DNA of 64,000 nucleotides from Limnothrix sp. BL-A-16. Its GTDB lineage: Bacteria > Cyanobacteriota > Cyanobacteriia > CACIAM-69d. The notes below the pieces were generated by a model, which was given only the letters and a program-made list of their open reading frames with translations, was not told the DNA's origin and made no database searches. Both the position numbers and the translations under genes were made by a program. The stretch spans positions 1,920,001-1,984,000 of the forward strand of contig CP166615.1 in the NCBI GenBank assembly GCA_041937175.2, given 5' to 3'. Positions 18,907 through 28,291 of this stretch are shown piece by piece; within the stretch, counting starts at the first letter, position 1; every line of letters starts with the position of its first letter.

Positions 18907-18964
18907 ACAGCCTAGCAAATGGCCCGCTGGGAGGCAAAATTAGGGCGCGATCGCAGCCGCGCTC

Positions 18965-20728
18965 CTAGGAATCTCGCAGATCCAAGGACTGATGGCGACG
19001 CTGACGGCTCATTTCATAGAGCGCCATCCCCGCCGCCACCGAGGCATTCAGGCTGGGCGTGTGGCCGCTCATGGGAATGGACATCAGCACATCACAGGTT
19101 TTTTGCACCAACAGGCTCAGGCCATCTCCCTCTGCGCCAATCACCAGCACGATCGGGCCCGTGAGGTCTACCTTGTCGATCGTTTCGCTGCCCTCCGCGG
19201 CCAAACCATGGATCCAGAAGCCAGCAGCTTTCAGGGTTTCCAGGGCTTGAACCAAGTTGCCCACTCGTGCAATGTTCAGGTGCTCGATCGCGCCAGCCGC
19301 CACCTTCACCACCGTGGAAGTCACACCCACGGCCCGCCGTTGGGGAATGATGATGCCCTTTGCGCCCAAGGCTTCGGCACTGCGGGCGATCGCGCCCAAA
19401 TTGTGCGGATCCGTCACCCCATCAACTGCTACCAACACGGCGCGATCGGTGGCCGCTTTGGCCTTTTCAATCACATCGGCCAAGTCCAAGTAGTCATAGG
19501 CCGCCGCCTGGGCTGCCACGCCTTGGTGATTGCCTCCGTCCGTCAGCCGCGCCAGTTGGCTGTAGGTGGCTTCGTCGATGATCGTGCCGTTGGTCTTCGC
19601 CGTTTGCAGCAGCCCCATGAACCGGGAATCGTAGCGCAACTGCGGCACGATCCAGAGTTTGTGCAGGGTGCGCTCGCTCTCTAGGGCTGCCAACACCGAA
19701 TGACGGCCGTAGATGATGTCATTGTTGGTTTCGGCCTCGCCCGTGGAAGGGTTGCCATTTTGGGCATTGCCATCAAAGGCATGGGCAGCGCGATCGCGCC
19801 CACCGAAGTCCCGGCCTTGGCCGTCCCGATGTTGCTCGCGGAACCCATCCCGACGGCCGCCAAACTTGCCCCCTTCGGGACGGCGACTGAAGGCCGGGCG
19901 ATCGCCTCCGCGATCGAACCGAGGAGACCGATCACCCCGTTCACCCCGATCGCTCCGTTCACCGCGATCGCCCCGGGGTGAACCATAGTCGCCATCCCGA
20001 CGCTCATCCCGGTTGCGCTCCGGCCGGTCAGGTCGATCGGGTCGATCGCCAAAGGGGCGGCTGAACTTGCCTTGACCCTTGCTAAATTTCTTGCCTCGGA
20101 AGTCTGAACCCTCACCCCCGCGCGAGTCCCGGTTCTCTTCCCGGTTCCAATCACCCCGAGGACTAAAGGGACGATCGCCCCCACGGTTTGGCCGATCGCC
20201 ATCCCGGCCACGGCGCTCAAAGGACTGGCCGCCCTGACCGCCACCAAAAGGCTTGCGGCCAAAGGATTTGCCGCCAAAGTCCCGGGACTCGCCATCGCGC
20301 TGGCCGGAGCCATAGCCCCGTGATCCTTGCGATCGATCCTGGGATCCCTGCGATCCCTGAGAGCCATAGCCCGATCGCCCCTGGGAACCATAGCCCGATC
20401 GACCTTGGGAACCATAGCCCGATCGCTGGCCGCCGTAGTCCTTCTTTTCCTTGCCAAAGTCCCGGTCTTGGCCAAAATCCCGGCGATCGCCCCCGTCATA
20501 GTTGCGGCGTTCCCGGTCTTCCCCGGAGAACCCGAAATCATCCGCGCGATCGCGCCGTCCCTCGTAACGCCCCTTCGAGCCTTCTCCCCCTTGGGAACCT
20601 TGATACCGTCCCTTGCCCTGAAACTGTCCGCCCTTAACCGGTTTCCCCGGACGCTCAAACTTGCTGGATTGACCGGCTTGGCCTGCTGAATTGCCGGTAC
20701 GACCCTTACGATACGAAAAATCAGTCAT
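18965..20728 (-). CDS. rlmB: 23S rRNA Gm2251 methyltransferase with long RG-rich N-terminal extension
   Basis: [39 protein letters not shown]. Confidence 0.93.
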   Translation of the reverse strand: MTDFSYRKGRTGNSAGQAGQSSKFERPGKPVKGGQFQGKGRYQGSQGGEGSKGRYEGRRDRADDFGFSGEDRERRNYDGGDRRDFGQDRDFGKEKKDYGGQRSGYGSQGRSGYGSQGRSGYGSQGSQGSQDRSQGSRGYGSGQRDGESRDFGGKSFGRKPFGGGQGGQSFERRGRDGDRPNRGGDRPFSPRGDWNREENRDSRGGEGSDFRGKKFSKGQGKFSRPFGDRPDRPDRPERNRDERRDGDYGSPRGDRGERSDRGERGDRSPRFDRGGDRPAFSRRPEGGKFGGRRDGFREQHRDGQGRDFGGRDRAAHAFDGNAQNGNPSTGEAETNNDIIYGRHSVLAALESERTLHKLWIVPQLRYDSRFMGLLQTAKTNGTIIDEATYSQLARLTDGGNHQGVAAQAAAYDYLDLADVIEKAKAATDRAVLVAVDGVTDPHNLGAIARSAEALGAKGIIIPQRRAVGVTSTVVKVAAGAIEHLNIARVGNLVQALETLKAAGFWIHGLAAEGSETIDKVDLTGPIVLVIGAEGDGLSLLVQKTCDVLMSIPMSGHTPSLNASVAAGMALYEMSRQRRHQSLDLRDS

Positions 20729-21243
20729 GATGAAGAGTTGCGATCTACAGTCGCATGAGAGGAAACAGACGGCGACAAGTCCAACCGGGCCAACAACTCG
20801 GTCAGTCGGGACGGCTGGGTTAGATAGAGATAGCCCACCAAGGTTTCAAAGGCCGTGGCGGCCTGGTATGTTCCACCCGCGAGCCGTTTCGGACGCTTAT
20901 CAGTGGCATTGCGACCGCGCCGAACTATCTCACGTTCAGCCTCGGTCAGGTGGGGCAGCAGCGCCTCTAGATGGCGGGCTTGGGTTTCAGCGCGAACTTG
21001 AGCAACCACGCGATCGTGATAGGTTCGGGTGCGTGATTGCGGCAAGAGGTAATAGCAGCGGATGTAAAGTTCGTAAACGGAGTCGCCTAAATAGGCCAAG
21101 GCGGCCGGCGACAGACGTTGAATTTCGGCTGCGGGAATTGACGAACTGAGGGGGAGGGGCGATCGCAAGGCCGCGGCGGCTAGCCAGCCTGCTTCGACAC
21201 TCGGGGAATCCGTCGCGATCGCCGGTTGTAACTCCACAGCCAA
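20725..21243 (-). CDS. mrnC: Mini-ribonuclease III
   Basis: [31 protein letters not shown]; upstream of rlmB. Confidence 0.9.
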   Translation of the reverse strand: MAVELQPAIATDSPSVEAGWLAAAALRSPLPLSSSIPAAEIQRLSPAALAYLGDSVYELYIRCYYLLPQSRTRTYHDRVVAQVRAETQARHLEALLPHLTEAEREIVRRGRNATDKRPKRLAGGTYQAATAFETLVGYLYLTQPSRLTELLARLDLSPSVSSHATVDRNSSS

Positions 21244-21245
21244 TC

Positions 21246-21623
21246 TTAGCCTTGATTCGATTCAGAAACGCGCTTAATCGCCACTTCAACCGAATCTTGG
21301 AGTGATAGGAAGCTTTCGAGACGCACGAGTTTAACGGTCTGGGTGACGCGGGGATTCGTCACAATCTGGAAACTACCACCTGCACTCTGGGCCTTTTTCG
21401 CCAGTTGCACCAGAGCGCCTAGCCCAGAACTATCTACAAAATCGATATGCGCTAGATCCAGCACCACATGGGGCGGGCCGTCTTCAACATACTGCCCGAG
21501 CTTTTTGCGGAACGTGGGTTCCGAAAATGCATCGAGCAGCCCTGTGAGGCGGAACAGTTGACAATCTCCCTTAACTTCGCGCGTGCCTCGTAAGCTGACG
21601 GTTAGGGTAAGTTGCTCGGGAAT
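21246..21623 (-). CDS. STAS-domain anti-sigma factor antagonist, probable ATT start
   Basis: LTVSLRGTREV...LTGLLDAFSEPTF...FVDSSGLGALV; AGGAGG at 21634-21629 then TC-ATT-ATT; in-frame TAG immediately upstream. Confidence 0.85.
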   Translation of the reverse strand: MPEQLTLTVSLRGTREVKGDCQLFRLTGLLDAFSEPTFRKKLGQYVEDGPPHVVLDLAHIDFVDSSGLGALVQLAKKAQSAGGSFQIVTNPRVTQTVKLVRLESFLSLQDSVEVAIKRVSESNQG

Positions 21624-21965
21624 AATGACCTCCTAAGAACACCGTCGCAATCTAGACAACATCCCAATATAAGGATTCCGAGCCTGGTTGTCCACTGAAT
21701 TTTGTGCGGGTAGCCGCCCGGCTTTTGGGACTGGGGTTCTTGCAGGGGCGTTTTTGCGATCAATTGCAATCAATTTTAAAGATCTTTGGAGATTTTTTGA
21801 AGATCTTGGAGATCTAAACCTTGACAATCCAGTAGAAAAAGATCCCTAGAGGGGATGTGCTGACTAAACCCGCTGACTGAACCCGCTGGCTGAACCCGCC
21901 CGCCATTAGCAATATTTCTCGATCCCAATCGCGATCCCGATCCCAACCTCGATCCCGATCGCCCT

Positions 21966-22781
21966 CTAGATCCCGATCGCCCGGCGGAAAAAATCGCCCA
22001 AATCAGCCCGAGCCACCACTAAGCAAGCGTTAGAGCGTTTGCCATAACTGTCGCCAGGGGTGAGCGGAAAGGGTGGATAGGCTTCCAGGGAAATCCAGGT
22101 GGCTCCGGCCGCTTGCAGGATGGGCCAAACGGCGGCAATGTCCCAGGCTTTGGGCGTTAGCTCGTAGGCTCCCACCATGCTGCCGGTGGCGACGGTGAGC
22201 AAGTTGTAGCTAGCGGACCCGATCGCCCGGATTTTGCAACAGAAGGGACGTGGGGCCCGCTCAATGCTGCGGGTGCAAAAACTAAAGGTTTGGTTGGGGC
22301 TCGGGTCGGCGCTGGTGGTTCGGATCGGGCGGCCGTTGTGAAAGGCTCCTGGTTCGAGATCCAATCCCGTTTCACCGGGCCAAAAGCCATAGCAAGCTTC
22401 TTGGGTGGGGGGATAGTACAGATAGCCAAAGACGGGCCAGCCGCGATAGAGCAGCCCGATCGAAATGCCCCAAACCGGGATGCCGTGGCTGAAATTGGTG
22501 GTGCCATCGATCGGGTCAATGATCCAACACCAGTCCCGATCGGGCAAATCATGGTTGCCCTCTTCACTGAGCAAGCCGTGATCGGGAAATCGATCGGCGA
22601 TCGCCTGGCGCAGGGTGGCATCGGCCCAGGTGTCCGATTGGGTCAGCAAGGTTCCGTCGTCTTTTTCGGTGGTGGCTCGATCGCCCGCAAAGTCCTTCAG
22701 CAGTTGCTGACCCGTGCGCTGGGCCAGGTCGGCGGTGAAGGTTAAAACATCAGTCCAAAAGGCGCGATCGATGGCGGTCAT
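21966..22781 (-). CDS. inositol monophosphatase family protein
   Basis: LSEE, WIIDPIDGTTNF, WDIAA; true start MTAIDR at 22781. Confidence 0.9.
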   Translation of the reverse strand: MTAIDRAFWTDVLTFTADLAQRTGQQLLKDFAGDRATTEKDDGTLLTQSDTWADATLRQAIADRFPDHGLLSEEGNHDLPDRDWCWIIDPIDGTTNFSHGIPVWGISIGLLYRGWPVFGYLYYPPTQEACYGFWPGETGLDLEPGAFHNGRPIRTTSADPSPNQTFSFCTRSIERAPRPFCCKIRAIGSASYNLLTVATGSMVGAYELTPKAWDIAAVWPILQAAGATWISLEAYPPFPLTPGDSYGKRSNACLVVARADLGDFFRRAIGI

Positions 22782-23069
22782 GGCAAGGGTTAGGCAGCGG
22801 AGGGCAAGGGAAGAAGGCGCAGGAACGATAGTTGCTCGGGGCCCAGGCAACACAAAGACAGAATAGCGACCGGCGGGCGATCGTCCAATGGCCAACACCG
22901 GCCAAGGAATGCGATGGCCATTGGCGGGCGAGCTGGGCATTCGGAGGGCCAGCCATTGGAGGGCCGGGCCGGTGTGGTATTTTTCCTGAGAACCCCACCG
23001 GTTCCCAGATGCACGCCCAGATGCACACCCATTGCCACGCACCCGTTGTCGATCTTGCAACCCCCTCCT

Positions 23070-26000
23070 ATGACTGAGCCGACTATTGCGATCGTTGCTG
23101 GACTGTTGCCGGTGGGATGCGATCGGGTGGCGGCGGCCCTCGAAGAGTTGGGCTGGCGACCGGTTTCCGTGGAACCCTGGCATCAGGCCGTATTGCGGGC
23201 CCAAGGCTTCCAAGAGTCCGGTTGGGTGACGCGGCAACCGGAGCCGGTTTCGGCCCTTTGGATCGATCGCTTGGGGCAGCTTTGTCGCCGCTGGCCCACG
23301 GGCCCGGTGGTGGTGGCGGACGCTTTGGCCACCTTGTTTTTGAGTGATTGGCAAACCCAGTTCCCCACCGCTCGGTTTGTGTTGGTGTCCTGTGCCCCTT
23401 GGGTGGGCGTTTCGGCCCTGTTTCGGGCGGCGGGCGATCGGGCCCTCGAAGATCCAGAATGGGCCCTGCGGGTTTGGCAAACCTACCACGAGGCGCTGTT
23501 GGTGGCCCTTGAGCAATTGGGCGATCGCGCCATTTTGGTGGACTTGGCGGCCGGGGCGGTGGAGTGGGGCCACGAAACCCTGATTTTGCCCGACTGGGAG
23601 GCGATCGCCGATGAACGCCAAGCCCTTTTCCAGCATTTTTATCCCACGGCCACCGCCCTTTATCAGCAGCTCAACGCCCGGGCCCTGGCTCCGCACCCGC
23701 AATTGCCGATCGACCCCAGCGCGCCCACCGATGCCCTCACCTGGTTGCAGGATTGGGCCTTGGCTGAACAAACCCGCGATCGCCAAGGGCAGTTTCGGCA
23801 ACTGCAACGACAACTGGCCCAACTGCAACCGGCCTTGGCCCAAAGCCAATTTCAACTGGAGCAAACCCGCGCGGATCTCAGTCGCTATCAGGCCCGAGTC
23901 TTAACCGCCGAACAGGGGGCGATCGAGGGGCGATTGCAAGTGGATCAGTACCAAGCCCTGATTGGAACCTATGACAGTCGGCTGCAATGCACAGAAGACC
24001 TGCTGCAAGCGGCCAATCAAGACCTAGAAAGCCTGCGGGATCAAATCGCCGACCTCCACGAGGAATTGGAACTGGCGGAGTTGGAAGTGAAGCACGGTCG
24101 CCAGGCGATCGCCCGGGCCCACGAACTGCGGGATCACGCCAAGGCCCAAATCGCCGCCGCCCAAGATCAGTTTCGGGAGTTGCGATCGCGCCTTGAGGAA
24201 ACCCGTCGCCTGTTAGACATCATTCGCAGCAGCAAGTTTTGGGCCCTGCGGAATTTCTGGATCAAGCTGAAATACAAACTGCGGCCGCCAGCGGTCGATC
24301 ACTTTGATCCGGAGCTGTTTGCACGCACGCTGGTGGCCCTGTCGCAAATTCCCCCGGAACTGGCGATCGCCCCCGATCCGGCAGCCCAACAGTCTGCAAT
24401 CTATGAGGCAATTAAGCGAGAACTGCCCACCCTGGATTTGCGCAAGCCCCACGCCCTCCTGCGGCTGTTTGATGCGGCCTACTATCTGGAAACCCAACCG
24501 GATGTGGCCAACTGTTTGCCCAATGCCACCTATAGCCAGGCCTTTGCCCACTTTGTGGCCAACGGGGCAGCGGAAGGGCGCGATCCCAGCCCCCTTTTCA
24601 AAACCCGCTACTACCTGGAAACCTATCCCCAGGTGAAAACGCGATTGGCGGCCAAGGATTTCAACAGTGCGATCGAACATTTCCTTGAAGTGGGAATGGC
24701 GGAGGGGCTGAATCCCAATCCCAACTTTGACAGCGAATTTTATTTGCAAACCTACGGCGACGCGGCCTTGGCGGTGGAACTGGGGCAATATCGCAGCGCC
24801 TTTGAGCATTTTCTGTTGGTGGGGGTGCGCGAAGGACGCTTGGCGGCTCCAGTGAAGGTGCAAACGGCGGACGATCGCCCGATCGGGATGTTTGCCTTCA
24901 TCAGTGGCTGCGGCGGTGCGCCCTATCGCTACCGTTGTCTGCATCAGGCCGAAGCCCTGCGCTATTTGGGCTATAGCGTTGAGGTCTACGACATTGCCCA
25001 ATATCCTTACCGGGAACTGCTGGATCGATACCGAGTGGTGGTGATGCACCGGCCCACCTTCCATCCCAACCTGGAGTCCGCGATCGAGGAAGGGCGAAAA
25101 CAGGGCGTGCGGTTTGTGTTTGAAACCGATGATTTGGTCTTTGATCCGGATCTGCTCTACCAGTTGGAAGATGCCAACAGCGGCGAAGAAGAACTGCGGC
25201 AGGTTTACAAGGAGATGATGCACCAATACCAACGGGCGATCGCCCGGGTGGATGGGGTCAGCACCAGCACCGCCAACCTGAAACGGTCGATCGAACAGCG
25301 ATTCCCCGGCACTCCCGTGGCGCTGCTGCCCAACCGAGCCAGCGCCGAAATGGAACGACAAGCGGCCGAAACCCTGGCCGCCGCCACCGATGAGCGAGAT
25401 CGCTCCGTGGTGCGCCTGGGCTATCTCAGCGGCACTAAAACCCACCAGCGGGACTTTGGGGAATGTGAGGCCGCCTTGCAGGTCATTGCCGCCCGCTATC
25501 CCCAAGCGCGACTGCTGGTGGTGGGGCATTTGGAACTATCGGCGGACTTCGCGGCAACCTGGGGCGATCGACTGGAGCGGTTGCCGATTTTGCCCTGGGA
25601 AAAACTGCCGGAAGTTTATGCCCGTTTGGATATTAACTTGGCTCCCCTAGAGCGCGATCGGGAATTCACCGCCGGTAAGAGCGAGCTGAAATATTTTGAG
25701 GCGGCCCTGTTGGCCGTGCCCACGGTGGCCTCCCATTGGGGAACCTATGCGGAAGCCATTCAACCGGGAGTCACGGGGTTCCTGTGTGGTGACTCGGAAG
25801 ACTGGATCGCCACCTTGGGCCAGTTGATTGAGGATCAGGATTTGCGCGATCGCATGGGCCAAGCGGCCAACCAAGCGGCCCGCCAGCGCTACCTCACCCG
25901 CGCCGCCTTGGGAGAAACCTGGGCCGGCTGGCATCACCTGTTGGCCCGATCGATCCCGGAACCCAGCGCCTTGACCGTGGCGATGGTGGTCTCCTTGGCG

Positions 26001-27017
26001 GCCAGCGACAGCGTGGAGGTCGATCGAATCGCCACCCTGGCCCGGGCCCTGGATGCCCAAGGCCATGAGGTGCGGCTCGTGGTGCAACCTTTCGGAGCCA
26101 GCAGCAGCGGCCAAGTTCATCAGGCCTGTCGTGCTTGGGAAACCCAATTGCAAGGCAGCGGTGTGCAGGTGTTGGAAGGCCAAACGGAACTGCCGGCTTT
26201 GGATGTGGCCCTGGCCACCGATTGGCGATCGGCCTGTGCGGTGGCCGATTGGGCCAACGTGCGGCTGCGGGTGCGTTTGGTTCAAAACTGGGAGGTGGAT
26301 TGCGAAGCCCTGGGCACGATCGAGCGAGAAACGGCCCTCGGTTCCTGTGGGTTGCCGTTGCGGCCGATCGCCCTCGGCCAGGCCCTCGCCGATCGCTGGG
26401 AAACGGCCCGAACCCTGCGAGTGCCGCCCCTGTGGTTGGAAGGCGGATTAACAGCGGACTTTTTGCCCACCGCGCCCAATTGGGTGCGCCACAGCGGCCC
26501 CGCCCGATCAATCCTTTGGTTAGACGATCGGGCCACCGATGCCGACCAGCGATCGGCGATCATTGCCGGGTTGAGCCTCCTGGCCACCCAACAGCCGGAT
26601 TTACAAATTCGCCGCTACGGTTCCCACGCGCCGGAGCCGCTACCCTTTGCTTGTGAAGAACTGGGCTGGCCCGATCGGGCTACCTTGGCCGCCGCGTTGC
26701 AAACGGCCCAACTGCACTTGGCCCCCTCCGCCGCCAATAGCGCCCTCCCCACCCTGCAAGCGATCGGTTGTGGTTGTGCGGCCCTGCTGGTGGGCGAAGA
26801 TTTGCCGCTGCATTCCACCCTTTCCGCCGGGATTCACTACGGCACGGTGCTGCCCGTGGCCGAGTCGATCGCCCAAACCCTGCTGCAACTGACCACCGAC
26901 GCAGTTTCGCGGGTCAACCTGGCCCAAACGGGACGAGCCACCGTTGAAACCCTCGGGATCGATCGCACTGCCAACGAACTGGAGCAACTGCTGCGTCGTC
27001 TGCTGTTTTTAGAGTAG
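23070..27017 (+). CDS. multidomain glycosyltransferase: degenerate sulfotransferase-like domain, coiled coil, three FD..YYL repeats, two GT-B modules
   Basis: YRYRC, FETDDLVFD, LGYLSGTKTH..DF, DINLAPL...KSELKYFEAA; C-terminal ATDW..A rhamnosyltransferase-like module. Confidence 0.85.
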   Translation: MTEPTIAIVAGLLPVGCDRVAAALEELGWRPVSVEPWHQAVLRAQGFQESGWVTRQPEPVSALWIDRLGQLCRRWPTGPVVVADALATLFLSDWQTQFPTARFVLVSCAPWVGVSALFRAAGDRALEDPEWALRVWQTYHEALLVALEQLGDRAILVDLAAGAVEWGHETLILPDWEAIADERQALFQHFYPTATALYQQLNARALAPHPQLPIDPSAPTDALTWLQDWALAEQTRDRQGQFRQLQRQLAQLQPALAQSQFQLEQTRADLSRYQARVLTAEQGAIEGRLQVDQYQALIGTYDSRLQCTEDLLQAANQDLESLRDQIADLHEELELAELEVKHGRQAIARAHELRDHAKAQIAAAQDQFRELRSRLEETRRLLDIIRSSKFWALRNFWIKLKYKLRPPAVDHFDPELFARTLVALSQIPPELAIAPDPAAQQSAIYEAIKRELPTLDLRKPHALLRLFDAAYYLETQPDVANCLPNATYSQAFAHFVANGAAEGRDPSPLFKTRYYLETYPQVKTRLAAKDFNSAIEHFLEVGMAEGLNPNPNFDSEFYLQTYGDAALAVELGQYRSAFEHFLLVGVREGRLAAPVKVQTADDRPIGMFAFISGCGGAPYRYRCLHQAEALRYLGYSVEVYDIAQYPYRELLDRYRVVVMHRPTFHPNLESAIEEGRKQGVRFVFETDDLVFDPDLLYQLEDANSGEEELRQVYKEMMHQYQRAIARVDGVSTSTANLKRSIEQRFPGTPVALLPNRASAEMERQAAETLAAATDERDRSVVRLGYLSGTKTHQRDFGECEAALQVIAARYPQARLLVVGHLELSADFAATWGDRLERLPILPWEKLPEVYARLDINLAPLERDREFTAGKSELKYFEAALLAVPTVASHWGTYAEAIQPGVTGFLCGDSEDWIATLGQLIEDQDLRDRMGQAANQAARQRYLTRAALGETWAGWHHLLARSIPEPSALTVAMVVSLAASDSVEVDRIATLARALDAQGHEVRLVVQPFGASSSGQVHQACRAWETQLQGSGVQVLEGQTELPALDVALATDWRSACAVADWANVRLRVRLVQNWEVDCEALGTIERETALGSCGLPLRPIALGQALADRWETARTLRVPPLWLEGGLTADFLPTAPNWVRHSGPARSILWLDDRATDADQRSAIIAGLSLLATQQPDLQIRRYGSHAPEPLPFACEELGWPDRATLAAALQTAQLHLAPSAANSALPTLQAIGCGCAALLVGEDLPLHSTLSAGIHYGTVLPVAESIAQTLLQLTTDAVSRVNLAQTGRATVETLGIDRTANELEQLLRRLLFLE

Positions 27018-27093
27018 GCAATCGCGTAAATTTCGCTATCCTGGGGCCATTGGGGCAATTTTGCTCAATCAGGAGTCCAAAGAGGAGTCCAAA

Positions 27094-27297
27094 ATGGTTC
27101 GTAAAATGGTGATGAGCTGCCGCATTCTCAACATGAAAGATGATCAGGCAGCCAAAGCAAGCGACCTAGCCTATTGGCGCAGTCAACCCGCTGAGGCCCG
27201 TTTGGCCGCCCTCGAAGAAATTCGCCGCGAATATCATCAATGGGCCTATGGTTTTGAACCCCGATTTCAGAGAGTTTATCGAGTGCTTAAACGCTAA
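27094..27297 (+). CDS. small hypothetical protein, putative partner of the nucleotidyltransferase
   Basis: GAGGAG SD before ATG 27094; YWRSQPAEARLAALEEIR; overlaps the next gene. Confidence 0.6.
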   Translation: MVRKMVMSCRILNMKDDQAAKASDLAYWRSQPAEARLAALEEIRREYHQWAYGFEPRFQRVYRVLKR

Positions 27298-27706
27298 CCA
27301 AGTTCGCTATCTCGTTGTGGGTGGCTATGCCGTGGCATTCCATGGACACCCTCGATACACCAAAGATCTAGACATTTGGATTCAGCCAACCCTAGAAAAT
27401 GCCCAAAAGGTGATTCAGGCTCTCGCTGCCTTTGGCTTTGCGAGCTTGAATCTAGTAGCTTCTGATTTCGCCCAATCCGATCAAGTGGTTCAGCTCGGTT
27501 ATCCTCCCAACCGAATTGACCTAATTACATCACCGGATGGAGTTGATTTTGAAACCTGCTATCAGAGCAAAATCGAGTCTGATCTAGATGGGCTAAAGAT
27601 TTGCTGGATTGACTTGGAAAACTTGCGGCTGAATAAAAAAGTATCGGGCAGATCCCAAGACTTAGCTGATTTAGAAAGTCTGGCAGGTTCTCAGGATCAA
27701 GCTTAA
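27248..27706 (+). CDS. nucleotidyltransferase-fold protein (Pol-beta superfamily)
   Basis: YLVVGGYAVAFHGHPRYTKDLDIW, IDL, K..SGR.QDLADL. Confidence 0.8.
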   Translation: MVLNPDFREFIECLNANQVRYLVVGGYAVAFHGHPRYTKDLDIWIQPTLENAQKVIQALAAFGFASLNLVASDFAQSDQVVQLGYPPNRIDLITSPDGVDFETCYQSKIESDLDGLKICWIDLENLRLNKKVSGRSQDLADLESLAGSQDQA

Positions 27707-27810
27707 ATGAGAGCTTTGAAAAATGTTTGAACTGTTTCTTTGTGACAGAATCCACAAGGTTCGTTGAGTTAATTTGACCAAGCAAGACTTAAATCACCAG
27801 ACTTAAAACC

Positions 27811-28191
27811 ATGAGCTTATTAGGTAACATCATTTGGCTGATTTTCGGTGGTCTCATCAGTGGGTTAGGCTACATCATCGGCGGCCTCAGCATGTGTTTA
27901 ACGATCGTGGGAATTCCCTTTGGTCTTCAACAAGTTAAAGTCGGATTGGCCACCATGACCCCCTTCGGTAAAGAAGTGGTGGCGGTGGAAAATGCCGATA
28001 GCCCTTTGCGGGTGATTTTGAATGTGATTTGGGTGTTTTTCTTTGGTTGGGCGATCGCCCTTTCACACCTGATCCACGGCGCGATTTTGGCGATCACAAT
28101 CATCGGGTTGCCCTTTGCTAAACAACATTTCAAGCTGTTGGTGATGGCGCTGTTGCCCTTTGGTCGAGAACTCAAGGAAATGGAGCGTTAA
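27811..28191 (+). CDS. YccF-domain inner membrane protein
   Basis: Two repeats of N.IW..FG...TI.G.PF...K....PFG. Confidence 0.9.
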   Translation: MSLLGNIIWLIFGGLISGLGYIIGGLSMCLTIVGIPFGLQQVKVGLATMTPFGKEVVAVENADSPLRVILNVIWVFFFGWAIALSHLIHGAILAITIIGLPFAKQHFKLLVMALLPFGRELKEMER

Positions 28192-28291
28192 CCAGAAAGG
28201 ACGCGAGGTGAGGATGGTGAATCCTCGGGGCATCATTTTGGGCGGGCCCTGAAGCGATATACTGCTCACGGCATAGGGCTAATCAACAAAT

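Noticed and set aside
19681..20658. 325-aa alternative-frame ORF within rlmB
   Set aside because: Stop-free by-product of the repetitive GC-rich extension; no motifs
21821..21850. TTGACA as a sigma70 -35 box
   Set aside because: No -10 hexamer at 16-18 bp and no plus-strand gene downstream
22782..23864. 360-aa N-terminal extension of the 632-aa inositol monophosphatase ORF
   Set aside because: Antisense to the large glycosyltransferase; the family domain starts at 22781
24213..25529. 438-aa minus-strand ORF (similar cases at 49177-50121, 54441-55256, 41098-41931)
   Set aside because: Antisense shadows of well-supported genes in high-GC DNA
27709..27730. GAGAGCTTTGAAAA resembling an IS5-type end after the nucleotidyltransferase
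   Set aside because: No matching inverted partner found nearby
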